This document shows, piece after piece, positions 7,997 through 18,200 of a stretch of 29,505 bases of DNA (positions are counted from its first letter, which is position 1; every line of letters starts with the position of its first letter). The stretch covers positions 1-29,505 of the IMG/VR virus record IMGVR_UViG_3300002091_000087; one strand, written 5' to 3'. The notes beneath the pieces are model-generated. The model saw nothing but the letters and a program-made list of their open reading frames with translations, made no database searches and was not told where the DNA came from. This stretch comes from a virus. Lineage: Duplodnaviria > Caudoviricetes. A program made the translations under genes and the position numbers.

Positions 7997-9829
7997 TTAA
8001 ATATAATTTAATATTTCATCCATTAATATTTCAGTAATTTCCTCTTCTGTTTTATTAGTTTCACCCATTATTACCGAAATAATATCTTTTTTACGTTTTA
8101 ATGTCTCCCACATTCTAATTGATACGGTACCTTCAAATAATTGGTAATAAACGATTACATTTTTTTTCTGACCAATTCTAAAAGCTCTATCTTCGGCTTG
8201 TTCGTTATTACCAGTAACCCAGTCAAATGAATTAAAAATGACTAAAGTTCCCTCAGTCAATGTAATACCAACACCAGCTGATTTAATGTTACCAATAAAT
8301 ACCTTAATATTTGGATTATTTTGGAACGAATCAACTGAATTTTGTTTATCACGTTCCTTCATCGGACCATTATGTGTAACGCATAACTTACCAAAGTGAT
8401 TTTTAAGCTCATTAAGCTCATCAGTGAATGTTGTGAAGATTATCACCTTCTGACCCATTTCAATGGCATTTTCAGCCATTTCTATCGTTTCTGGGATAGC
8501 CTGCATTGCAATGAACTTACGTAATAAACCTAATTCAACTAAATCTCGTTGTATGGTACCTTTCTTTTTTTCTTTTCGTCTCTTTTCTAAGTATGCATCC
8601 CATAATTCTTCGTATTCTTTCCAACCACTGTCAGATAATTCATGGTAAATTGGCGACACAATCTTATCTGGCATATCAAGAACTTCAGTTTTTAGTCTTC
8701 TAAGTATTGAATTCTTAGTTCTAGCAGCCAATTCTTCTAAATTAGATGCCCCGTCAGTTAACCAAATTTGTTTTTTAGTACCATTTTTTAACGTCTTATA
8801 GAATTTTTTAGCATCACAATATCTATTGGCAAAATAATGCCAATTTTCAGCGATTGGTGACTTAATAATCTTAAGTAAATTGAAGAAATCCATTGGTCTA
8901 TTAGCAACTGGGGTACCAGTTAGTAACCATGTCTTATTAATACCGTAATTAACGGCTAAATCAGCTATAATTTCGCCACGTTTACTCTTTTTATTCTTTA
9001 AGTTATGAGCTTCATCAACAATTAATAAATCAAAGTTTGCGTTAGCTAACTCTCTATGTATAATTTTATCAGATTCAGTATCTTTTTCATCGGTTAATGT
9101 ATGAAAATTCTTAAGTATATCAAAATTAATAATCGTAAATTGCGCTGTTTGCCAATTCTTACTATTAACTATTGCAACATCATCACAAAAAACATTTATT
9201 TCACGCTTCCAATTTACCTTAACTGAAGAAGGGCATACAATTAATATCTTTTTAGCACCAGATTCTAATGCAGCAATAATAGATTGGATTGATTTACCTA
9301 GGCCCATATCATCAGCTAGTATACACCCATTTCGAGTTAATAAAAATTTAATACCAGTTTCTTGGTGTTGGTATAATTTCTTATCAGTTTTAGATAAAAT
9401 GAAATTATATGGGTTAAAATCAACATCAATTTCCACTTCCTCAAAGTATGGGTCATCAACAACTTGTGTTTTAGGTAACCAATACATTTTGAACTCTGTT
9501 TGATTACGTTTTAGCTTGCCCATTACATGATATGTTTTATCCGTATCGGCAAGTATTACATCAACCATTATTTTTTCGGGAACAAACGGTAAATTCTCTT
9601 GGCGTTGCAATTCTTCACCAAAAAATGGTGAAATCCTAATAACCCTATTAATCTTTATAGGTTCTTTATTATGATTTTCAATTATATATTTTGTCTGGAT
9701 TTCAGTCAGGATTAACTTGTTATTCTTCAAGTAATCATTTTGCATTTTCTTAATATAGTTATTTTCACCACTATATTTCTCTAAAAGATTCAAAGCTGAA
9801 CGTCCTTTTATATCGTCTAAGTTAATCAA
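7997..9829 (-). CDS. SNF2-family (SMARCAL1/HARP-like) helicase/ATPase
   Basis: LYQHQ Q-motif, LADDMGLGKS Walker A, VCPSS, IVDEAH, LTGTPVAN, AGVGITL, QAEDRAFRIGQ. TTG start. Confidence 0.92.
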   Translation of the reverse strand: MINLDDIKGRSALNLLEKYSGENNYIKKMQNDYLKNNKLILTEIQTKYIIENHNKEPIKINRVIRISPFFGEELQRQENLPFVPEKIMVDVILADTDKTYHVMGKLKRNQTEFKMYWLPKTQVVDDPYFEEVEIDVDFNPYNFILSKTDKKLYQHQETGIKFLLTRNGCILADDMGLGKSIQSIIAALESGAKKILIVCPSSVKVNWKREINVFCDDVAIVNSKNWQTAQFTIINFDILKNFHTLTDEKDTESDKIIHRELANANFDLLIVDEAHNLKNKKSKRGEIIADLAVNYGINKTWLLTGTPVANRPMDFFNLLKIIKSPIAENWHYFANRYCDAKKFYKTLKNGTKKQIWLTDGASNLEELAARTKNSILRRLKTEVLDMPDKIVSPIYHELSDSGWKEYEELWDAYLEKRRKEKKKGTIQRDLVELGLLRKFIAMQAIPETIEMAENAIEMGQKVIIFTTFTDELNELKNHFGKLCVTHNGPMKERDKQNSVDSFQNNPNIKVFIGNIKSAGVGITLTEGTLVIFNSFDWVTGNNEQAEDRAFRIGQKKNVIVYYQLFEGTVSIRMWETLKRKKDIISVIMGETNKTEEEITEILMDEILNYI

Positions 9830-9861
9830 TTTTAATTATAGTTTACTATTTATTATTTGTA

Positions 9862-9893
9862 TAAATATAGTAAATTTTTATGATAAAGGCAAG
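9862..9893 (-). promoter_or_regulatory. Sigma-A-like promoter for helicase-glutaredoxin
   Basis: Minus strand CTTG + 20 nt + TATATTTA (one mismatch to TAnnTTTG), ~32 nt upstream of the start. Confidence 0.5.
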
Positions 9894-9913
9894 TATATTT
9901 ACACATTCTTATC

Positions 9914-9921
9914 TATTTATA
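9914..9921 (+). promoter_or_regulatory. Putative late-promoter motif TATTTATA at head of structural operon
   Basis: TATTTATA 13 nt upstream of ATG 9935. Confidence 0.5.
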
Positions 9922-9934
9922 AAAAAAGATTTTT

Positions 9935-10459
9935 ATGAGTAATAAAAAACCAATCATACCTATAACAAGAATAAATAAGTTCTTCTCTGGCGAAGATTTC
10001 GATTTAGAAATTAGTATGGGCCGTGAGGCAATCGAGGGGGACGGAAACTTTACTATAATACTATTCCGAGTTGACCGTGAAATGACTGAATATGATAAAA
10101 TTTACGGTGAAGCTTCAAAAAATGGTATAAAATATTTTCCACCAATTGAATTAAAAGTAGTGCCAATTTTAGCTGAACCAGAAAATAAAACATACAATAC
10201 GAATGGTACACTTAGGTATTTACAAGATGGTCAATTTACTTTCAGTATCTATCAAGCACAATTAAATGAACTTAGTATTGATATTAACTTTGGGGATTAT
10301 ATCGGATATGCTGTTGATGAAACGAATGTTCGTTATTATAGTGTCGTTAATGATGGTAGAAAAAATTTTGATAATAAACATACGATAATGGGGTATAAAG
10401 GAGCGTTTAGAACGGTTATTTGTGCGCCAGTAAGTGAGACAGAATTTCGCTCGGTTTAA
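9935..10459 (+). CDS. Putative head-closure/neck protein (gp14-like)
   Basis: 174 aa with YDKIYGEA..KYFPPIELK and DINFGDYIGY..YYSVVND motifs, as in head-closure beta-barrels. Lies between gp13-like and gp15-like genes. Confidence 0.5.
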   Translation: MSNKKPIIPITRINKFFSGEDFDLEISMGREAIEGDGNFTIILFRVDREMTEYDKIYGEASKNGIKYFPPIELKVVPILAEPENKTYNTNGTLRYLQDGQFTFSIYQAQLNELSIDINFGDYIGYAVDETNVRYYSVVNDGRKNFDNKHTIMGYKGAFRTVICAPVSETEFRSV

Positions 10460-10461
10460 AT

Positions 10462-10639
10462 ATATTACATAAAAAACAAGAGAGAAAAGAAATTGAACAA
10501 TATGATTTAGAAGGAAACTTGATTAAAATTTGGCCCTCTTATCAATCAGTTAAAAAAAAATTATAGTCATATAGCTTCAGTGTTAAGTGGTAAAAGAAAA
10601 ACTGCTGGTGGTTATAGATGGAAATATAAAATTATTTAA
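10462..10639 (+). pseudogene. Frameshifted NUMOD1 DNA-binding domain remnant (decayed homing endonuclease)
   Basis: KEIEQYDLEGNLIKIWPSYQSVKK, then after a 1-nt shift in the A9 run (10552-10560) YSHIASVLSGKRKTAGGYRWKY. Together these form the NUMOD1 consensus. No ATG and no nuclease domain. Confidence 0.8.
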
Positions 10640-10640
10640 A

Positions 10641-11399
10641 ATGTGTGCAGTACCTAAAAATTTTAGAACAAATATTAACATTAATCCGAGTAAGATTGGT
10701 GTTGCTGAAAGGGAAGAGCTATTAGCTGCTATCCAAGATAAGAGTACGTATTTACCTAAAGGTGTGGGTATTGAAGATATGGATGAAAGCTTCATTAAAT
10801 TTGTTGAATCTAACTTAGAAATTTCATTAGATGGAAAGAAAGTACCTGTATTATTTTTAACAATTCAAAGATGGACTGAATATACTAAGACTTGGGAATT
10901 TACTGATAATTATAAAGATATTAAACTACCGTTTATTACTATTGTAAGGAAACCTGATATACAAGTTGGCGAAAATCAAGCTGGGTTATGGAATATACCA
11001 GGTCGTAGAACCTATACTTACATCAAGGTACCAACTTTTGATGGCGTTAGAAAGGGTGTTGATTTATATAAAGTTCCACAACCAACATCAGTTAATATAG
11101 TTTACGAGGTAAGATTATTTACCGAAAGAATGAATGATGTAAATGTTTATCATGCTAAGGTCCAATCAACTTTCCAATCAAGACAAGCATATATTGGTGT
11201 AAAAGGGCATCCAATGCCAGTTACTTTAGGCAACATTAGTGATGAAAGTAATATTGATGATTTTGAAAATAGGCGATTTTATATTCAATTATTCGAAATG
11301 ACATTATTAGGATATTTATTAAATGAAGACGAATTTGAGGTTATACCAACAATCAATAGAGTTTTAAATATAGTTGAAGTTAAAAATAAAGAAAAATAA
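10641..11399 (+). CDS. Putative tail terminator/sheath-completion protein (gp15-like)
   Basis: KVPVLFLTIQRW..IKLPFITIVR and VPQPTSVNIVYEVRLFT motifs. Start moved to ATG 10641 because the upstream GTG extension overlaps the NUMOD1 remnant. Confidence 0.55.
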   Translation: MCAVPKNFRTNININPSKIGVAEREELLAAIQDKSTYLPKGVGIEDMDESFIKFVESNLEISLDGKKVPVLFLTIQRWTEYTKTWEFTDNYKDIKLPFITIVRKPDIQVGENQAGLWNIPGRRTYTYIKVPTFDGVRKGVDLYKVPQPTSVNIVYEVRLFTERMNDVNVYHAKVQSTFQSRQAYIGVKGHPMPVTLGNISDESNIDDFENRRFYIQLFEMTLLGYLLNEDEFEVIPTINRVLNIVEVKNKEK

Positions 11400-11401
11400 A
11401 T

Positions 11402-12469
11402 ATGTCAAACGGTTTAATTTTAAGAGTTGTACAAAGCCCATATAACGGGGATACTGCTAAATTAAGTGTGTTATCATTAACTGAAAATGATAATAACTTT
11501 GTATTGCTTAGAGGCCAAGATATTAATTCTATATCTTTATCTGGAAATACACTTACATTAAACCGATTAAATGGTGATATGTTATCTGTCCCTTTGACAG
11601 GTTTTTCAGGTGGTAATTCTGTCATATTGACGGGTGGTACTTATTCTGGTGGTACATTAACGCTAAACGATTCAAGTGGTAATACAGTAACTGTAACTGG
11701 GTTTACTAATCAGGTTTTATATACTAATTTAACGCCTACAACAGCTACTGTTGGTGGTATAACAGCAGGTTCAACATTTTCAGCACAAACAATGCAACAA
11801 ATGTGGGATAACCTATTATATCCATATCAGAATCCAGCCTTTACGTCATTTAGTATAAGTAATCCTTATGGTCAACTTGAAATAGGCCGAGCAATACCAG
11901 ATGGTCAGAACTTCCAATGGGCTACTAGTAATACAAGTAATGTACAGTCAAATAGTATTAATATAAGTGGTGCTAATTTTAGCGGTGTAACAGCACAACC
12001 TAATAATGGATATTACGGACCTGTTAATTTTACTTCACCATTAGTTTTAAACGCTATTGGTTCATTATCATGGAATATTTCTGCAACAAATACTAAGAGT
12101 CAGTCATTTAATACTTCAACTTCTTTATCATGGAGTATAAGATGGTATTATGGTAAATCAGCAAACTCAACAGTTACACAATCTGACATTACTGGATTCA
12201 CATCTAATTTAGTAACTTCAGTAACGAATTCGTATGTAACTCTTGGTGCTACTAGTGGGCCACAATATGGTTATTTAATTGTTCCAACGACTCTTAGTCA
12301 ACCATCAAATTTAGTTAATTCAACTAGTGGGTGTTTTGGTAATAATATACCATATTCAAACATTGGAACTGTAACTTTTAATAATACTTACGGAGTTTCT
12401 GTAACATATAATATTTATAAAACAACAAATCCATTCGCTGGTTCACAAAGCGTATGGTTATGTCCATAA
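11402..12469 (+). CDS. Ser/Thr-rich virion fibre/appendage protein 1
   Basis: TVGGITAGSTF..MQQMWDNLLYPYQNP linker followed by Ig-like beta-rich domains. First gene of a paralogous cluster. Confidence 0.6.
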   Translation: MSNGLILRVVQSPYNGDTAKLSVLSLTENDNNFVLLRGQDINSISLSGNTLTLNRLNGDMLSVPLTGFSGGNSVILTGGTYSGGTLTLNDSSGNTVTVTGFTNQVLYTNLTPTTATVGGITAGSTFSAQTMQQMWDNLLYPYQNPAFTSFSISNPYGQLEIGRAIPDGQNFQWATSNTSNVQSNSINISGANFSGVTAQPNNGYYGPVNFTSPLVLNAIGSLSWNISATNTKSQSFNTSTSLSWSIRWYYGKSANSTVTQSDITGFTSNLVTSVTNSYVTLGATSGPQYGYLIVPTTLSQPSNLVNSTSGCFGNNIPYSNIGTVTFNNTYGVSVTYNIYKTTNPFAGSQSVWLCP

Positions 12470-12485
12470 TTAAACTTAATAAAGA

Positions 12486-13781
12486 ATGTCACAAATAATA
12501 GGTGGAGTTGAGGTTACTGGTTTTATATCACCAACAGATAGTACCGACCAATATGCGGTAATTGACCCGATATATGGCGTTGATGGGTTACGTAATGTAA
12601 CATCTATCAGCGCATTAAATGCTATTAGCATACCTAGAAGGAGAGCTGGTATGATTGTTGGGGTAACAACTGGAACAACGACAACTTATTATTCTTTATT
12701 ACCTTCACCATGGACTAGTACAATTTCAGATTGGACATTATTTCAAAGTGGTGTTAGTAGTGCATCAATTACTGGCGGTACATTTAGTACTGATACACTT
12801 ATTTTAAGCGGTAATAGTACACCTGTTGTTATACCTCAGCTAAGTGAAAATGTAATTTATAATTCTGGTTTATCATCCAATTTAAGTACTAGTTACTCAA
12901 TTGGTGGCTTGGCCGCTGGTACACCATTATCGGCTATATCTGGAACAACTTTAATTAGTTTATTAAATACAATGTTATTCCCAGTAATTATACCTGTTGT
13001 ACATCAGCCAAGTTATGGACTTGGATATACAATAAGTCGTAATTCAACAACAGCTACAGCTTATTTTCCACCTTTAAGTTGTACTCAAAATTTAATTGAA
13101 ATAACAACTGGTATAACTAGGTATAATATGGCTTTAGTAGGGTCATATAATGCTGGCTCAATTAGTATTAATGGTGTTACAACACAATCAAATGCTGCTG
13201 GCGCATCAACTAATTATTTTTTCTCAGGACAAAGTACTTCCTCATACAATACAACATTAAATTCATATACACCGACCTTTATTGCTATAACAGGTACTAA
13301 TAGGTTTGATTCAGCTGTGTCTTATGCTATTGGTCCGATGCCGTTAGATAATCATAATAATCAATATCCATCGTTAAGAGTACCAGCTGGTACATCACCT
13401 TTAGTTTATGTTAGTGTTGAGGGGGTATTTCCTATATATGCAACAATAAATTCAGTAGCGGTAACTACAAGTACTTTATCAAGTGGTGATAAACAAGCTC
13501 TTATTTCAATGATGGTTAAACCACAAACAGTGGTATATACATTTGCTAGTGAGTATGCTGCGAGTGGTGCTCAAAAATTATGGGTTCCAACGGCTTTATC
13601 TACAAATGTTAATTTTTATCACCAAAATTCTGGTGCTAATTTTAACCCACCAGTACTTGAAACAACGGCTTGGACTAGTAGCCTAGTTACAATAAATGGT
13701 ATAAGCTATACATGTTACACTCACATAACAAGTGGCGGTGGTCAACGTGGTAGTTTACCAATACAAATAACATTTAATTAA
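12486..13781 (+). CDS. Ser/Thr-rich virion fibre/appendage protein 2
   Basis: N-terminal GLRNV..RRRAGMIVGV domain. The middle and C-terminus are paralogous to 13796..15241. Confidence 0.6.
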   Translation: MSQIIGGVEVTGFISPTDSTDQYAVIDPIYGVDGLRNVTSISALNAISIPRRRAGMIVGVTTGTTTTYYSLLPSPWTSTISDWTLFQSGVSSASITGGTFSTDTLILSGNSTPVVIPQLSENVIYNSGLSSNLSTSYSIGGLAAGTPLSAISGTTLISLLNTMLFPVIIPVVHQPSYGLGYTISRNSTTATAYFPPLSCTQNLIEITTGITRYNMALVGSYNAGSISINGVTTQSNAAGASTNYFFSGQSTSSYNTTLNSYTPTFIAITGTNRFDSAVSYAIGPMPLDNHNNQYPSLRVPAGTSPLVYVSVEGVFPIYATINSVAVTTSTLSSGDKQALISMMVKPQTVVYTFASEYAASGAQKLWVPTALSTNVNFYHQNSGANFNPPVLETTAWTSSLVTINGISYTCYTHITSGGGQRGSLPIQITFN

Positions 13782-13795
13782 TATAAACAAAATAT

Positions 13796-15241
13796 ATGCC
13801 AAGAATTTTAGGGGATACACCATTTTCACAGAACTATGAGGTAGCAAAGGCAGGTCCTTTGGATGCTAGGTTATGGACACCTAACTATTCAGAATTGACG
13901 GGTTCAACTGAATTTGGCTCAACCTATGCTGGTATGATTGTATCAGTATACGGCGATGTAACCCCTAGTAATAATGGTGTATACTATTATAATGGTAGCG
14001 GTCAAACAAATATAAACAACTGGATTAAGTTAAGTGATTCTAAATATAGTACATTAACAATAACTGGTGGTACTGGTATTAGTGCAGCAACAAACGGAAA
14101 TGTTGTAACTGTAATAAACACGGCACCAGACCAAACAGTGAGTCTTTCTGGTGGAACAAATATTTCAATAACTGGTACATATCCAAATTTTGGGGTAAGT
14201 GCGACTGGTTCATCAATAACATCTGGTTCATTTGGTGGTGATAAACTTACATTAAGTGGTAGTAGTTCCCCAGTAATTATACCACAATTAAGTGAAAATG
14301 TTTTATATAACGCTGGTTTATCATCTAGTTTAAGTACGGCCTATACTGTAGGTGGTTTGGCTGCTGGTACACCATTAACTGGAATATCTGGAACAACAAT
14401 AATAAACTTATTAAATAATATATTATTTCCACGTATACAACCAACAGTATCTTCACCTACATATAGTTTAGGTGCTATACCAAGTAGTGGTTTAACAGTT
14501 AATACAAATGCGTATAATAACACAATTTTTTCAATAAATGGGGTTACATATAATAATTCGTTATCTACTAATGTTGGTAATATTTTAGTTGAAATGACAA
14601 CTGGAAATACTGTTTATAATATTGGACTAACGGGTGGTTTTAATTCGGGTGGAATTTACTTAAATGGAATATATCAATTACCTAGAAGTGGTAATGCATA
14701 CGACTATACTTTTTCTGGTCAGAGTTTAACTCTTCATGATAATGGAAATAATATAACATATAATACAACATTCATACCTAGATTTGGTTTAAATAGTTTT
14801 ATATCAACAGTTTTCTATTATTCTGGTAGTACACCGCTAGATAGTTATGGCGTTGCCGCTACAAGTTATACGGCACTACCAGCAGGTTCTATGGGGGTTA
14901 CTAATAGTGCAATTGAAGGTGTTTACCCTATTTATTCAACGACAAGTTCAATAACAAATATGGATAAAACATTAGTATCCTTGACTTATCGTCCAAGTAC
15001 AGTTAAACTTAATTTAGCGGCTGAAACTGGTGGAAATCTTCAGAAAGTATGGATACCAAGAAATTTAATTAATACCGATACAATTAGTATTAGTCATGAA
15101 TATAATAACGCATTTGGTTCTAACGCTATAGAAACTACAGCTTGGACGCAATCAGCCACAACGATAAACGGTATTTTGTATTGGTTATATACTTATAATG
15201 GTGGTACTCGTGGTGCAATATCAATACAAATAACACTTTAA
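13796..15241 (+). CDS. Ser/Thr-rich virion fibre/appendage protein 3
   Basis: N-terminal PLDARLW..YAGMIVSVY domain shared with 15257..19081. One ISITGTYPNF unit. The remainder is paralogous to 12486..13781. Confidence 0.6.
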   Translation: MPRILGDTPFSQNYEVAKAGPLDARLWTPNYSELTGSTEFGSTYAGMIVSVYGDVTPSNNGVYYYNGSGQTNINNWIKLSDSKYSTLTITGGTGISAATNGNVVTVINTAPDQTVSLSGGTNISITGTYPNFGVSATGSSITSGSFGGDKLTLSGSSSPVIIPQLSENVLYNAGLSSSLSTAYTVGGLAAGTPLTGISGTTIINLLNNILFPRIQPTVSSPTYSLGAIPSSGLTVNTNAYNNTIFSINGVTYNNSLSTNVGNILVEMTTGNTVYNIGLTGGFNSGGIYLNGIYQLPRSGNAYDYTFSGQSLTLHDNGNNITYNTTFIPRFGLNSFISTVFYYSGSTPLDSYGVAATSYTALPAGSMGVTNSAIEGVYPIYSTTSSITNMDKTLVSLTYRPSTVKLNLAAETGGNLQKVWIPRNLINTDTISISHEYNNAFGSNAIETTAWTQSATTINGILYWLYTYNGGTRGAISIQITL

Positions 15242-15256
15242 TAAATTTTAATATAA

Positions 15257-18200
15257 ATGGCAAGATTATCTGGAGATACAGCAATATCAATAAATTTCGA
15301 AGTAGCAAAGGCAGCTCCTTTAGATGCTAGGTTATGGACATCTAAATATTCTGATTTAAGTGGGGCGACTGAATTTGGGTATTATTATGCTGGTATGGTT
15401 GTATCGGTTTATAGTGACCCTAATCCAGTTAAAAATGGCGTATATTACTATAATGGTAGTGGTCAAACAAACATAAATAATTGGATTAGATTAAGTGACT
15501 CAATAAATGGTGGTGGCGGTAGTGGTAATTCAGTTATTACTACGGGTACTACGCTAACATCCACTTTAAGATGTGGTAATTTTAATACGTCTAATGGATG
15601 TGCCGCAACTGTAACAGGTGGTATTTGTAACCAAGTAAATACTGATTATGGGGTTGTTTCTGGTGGTTTTTGTAATACAATTTCAAGTTATACTGCAAGT
15701 ACAAACTCATGCTATTATGGTTATTATCCTATAAATTCATCTATTGTTGGTGGTATAAAAAATAATATTATTACACCTAATTCATTTATTGGTGGTGGTA
15801 GTGGAAATACTATTTGTACAAATTATTCTGTAATCGGTGGCGGTATTGGTAATACTTTAAGTAGTACGTATTGTTGTGATACTGGTTATGGGTGTTGTTG
15901 TTTAATAACACCAGAAAGTTCAGTTATTGTTGGTGGTGTTCGTAACTATATATCAAGTTCTAACGCATTCATTGGTGGTGGTTATAGAAATAGTTTAGGT
16001 ACATATGATGCAACAGATGCATGTGGTTATCTTTGTTTATCTAGTTCACAAAATTCAATAATTGTTGGTGGTATATGTAATTCAATTTCAGGTTACGGTT
16101 CATTCATCGGTGGTGGGTATAGAAATTCGATGTCGGCTGACTATTCTACAATAGGTGGTGGTCAATGTAATCGTATGGTTTGTACTAGAATTGTTGCAGA
16201 ATGTACTGACGGTGGTTGTTCTATTACATTCCCAACGTATTCAAATATTGTTGGTGGTTGGAATAATAGTTTATGTACAAATTATTCAACTATTGGTGGC
16301 GGTGCTTGTAATTCAATAACTGGTTATTTTGGATTTATTGCTGGTTTTTGTAATACTATTTCTGGATATATGGGTTCATCTTTTGGTGAATGTAATACGG
16401 TGTCTGGTAACTATTCATCCGCAATAGGTTGTGGATTAAATGCTACAGCTGATTGTACATTATATGTAAATAATTTATGTTCACCTAACGCTATTACAGG
16501 TAATTATATTTGTAAAATAGGTGGTATAGCAAATCAAATATTAGCAGCTGATGGTAGTGTTATAACAGCTGGTCCAAATATTGCTATTTGTGGCGGTTCA
16601 ATTTATGGCCTTGCTATAAGTGGCGATACAGCTATTATAGTTACTGGTACTGGTGTTAACTCTACACTTAGAATAGCTAATTATAATACTGCAAGTGCAT
16701 GTGGTAGTACGGTAAGTGGTGGTAAATCTAACTCAGCTTCTGGTAAATACGCAATAATCGCTGGTGGTTGTCAAAATATAGTTACTACAGGTGGTACATA
16801 TTCAAATATTGGTGGTGGTTTACAAAATAGTGTTTCAGGAATTTATTCAACAGTATCTGGGGGTTATCTAAATACTGTATCTGGCGCATATTCAATAATC
16901 GGTGGTGGTTGTAATAACGTAATTACTGCTAGAAGTTCTTCTATTGGTGGTGGTTTTACCAACTGTATATCTGGTATTGATTCATTTATCGGTGGTGGTC
17001 AACTTAATGTGATTAACCATGGTTTTGGTTCAGCGATTCTTGCTGGTTGTAGAAACTCAATTACTGGTTCATGTTCATCAATTATTGGTGGTACTTGTAA
17101 CTTAGTATTAAGTGGTGCAACATATTCAACTATTGGCGGTGGTTGTAAAAACACTATTGGTTGCAATAGTTGTATGTCATTCATTGGTGGTGGTAGTGGT
17201 AATACTGTTAATAATAAATTTATTTTTATTGGTGGTGGTAAATTTAATTCAGCATCAGCATATTATACAACTATTTCTGGTGGGTATTGTAACTCAATAT
17301 CTGGTAGATATTCAACTGTAGCTGGTGGTTGCTGTAACTGGATAACATCTTCAGCATGGTATGGATTTGTTGGCGGTGGTGGTTTAAATTGTGTTCAAGA
17401 TTTTGCAAGTTCTATTGTTGGTGGAACTGGAAATACAATTTCTCTTGGCGCATGTTTATCATTTATTGGTGGTGGTTGTAATAATACAATTTCTGGACCG
17501 TACTCAAACATATTAGGTGGCGTTTGTAACTCAATTTCTGCTACTTATTCAACAATATCTGGTGGTTATAATAATAAAGTAAATTCACCACAATCATTTA
17601 TTGGTATGGGTGGTTCTAACTGTACAAATGCAGTTTACAACTTTATTGGCAATGGTACTGGTAATTCAACTTATTGTAATTATTCAATGATTCTTGGTGG
17701 TTCATGTAATACAGTTTGTGGTGTTGGTTCATTTGTCGTGGGTACACGTAATCTTATAACAGGAACTTATTCCGCAGCCATTGGTAAAAATATTACTGGT
17801 AGTACTAACTGTACATTATATGTAAATAATTTATGCTCGCTTGGTACAGTTATAGGTTCAACAATATGTAAATCTGGTGGTACTGCAAATCAAATATTAG
17901 CAGCTGATGGCAGTGTTGTAACAGCTGGTACCAATATCTTAATTAGTTGTGGAACTATATCTAGTAGTGCGACAACTTCAATATTACAAGGTGCTGGTAT
18001 TTCAATAAGTGCTTCTACTGGTGGAGTAACTGTAACAAATGCATGTCCTGATAGAACGGTAGCAATATCTAATGGTAGTGGCATATCTGTAACTGGTACA
18101 TATCCAAACTTTACTGTGGCTAATACTTGTCCAAACCAACCAGTTAGTATAGCTAACGGTAGTGGCATATCTGTAACTGGTACATATCCAAACTTTACTG

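Noticed and set aside
10587-10640. GTG-start N-terminal extension of the 270-aa ORF
   Set aside because: It is an alternate-frame reading of the NUMOD1 remnant. ATG 10641 has the A-rich context typical here.
1502-14523. Short ORFs 1502, 2074, 8463, 10583, 11380 and 14341
   Set aside because: They overlap stronger genes and have no independent signals.
13796-15500. Paralogous fibre segments as diversity-generating retroelement TR/VR
   Set aside because: Differences are not restricted to adenines, both copies are coding N-termini, and there is no reverse transcriptase in the window.
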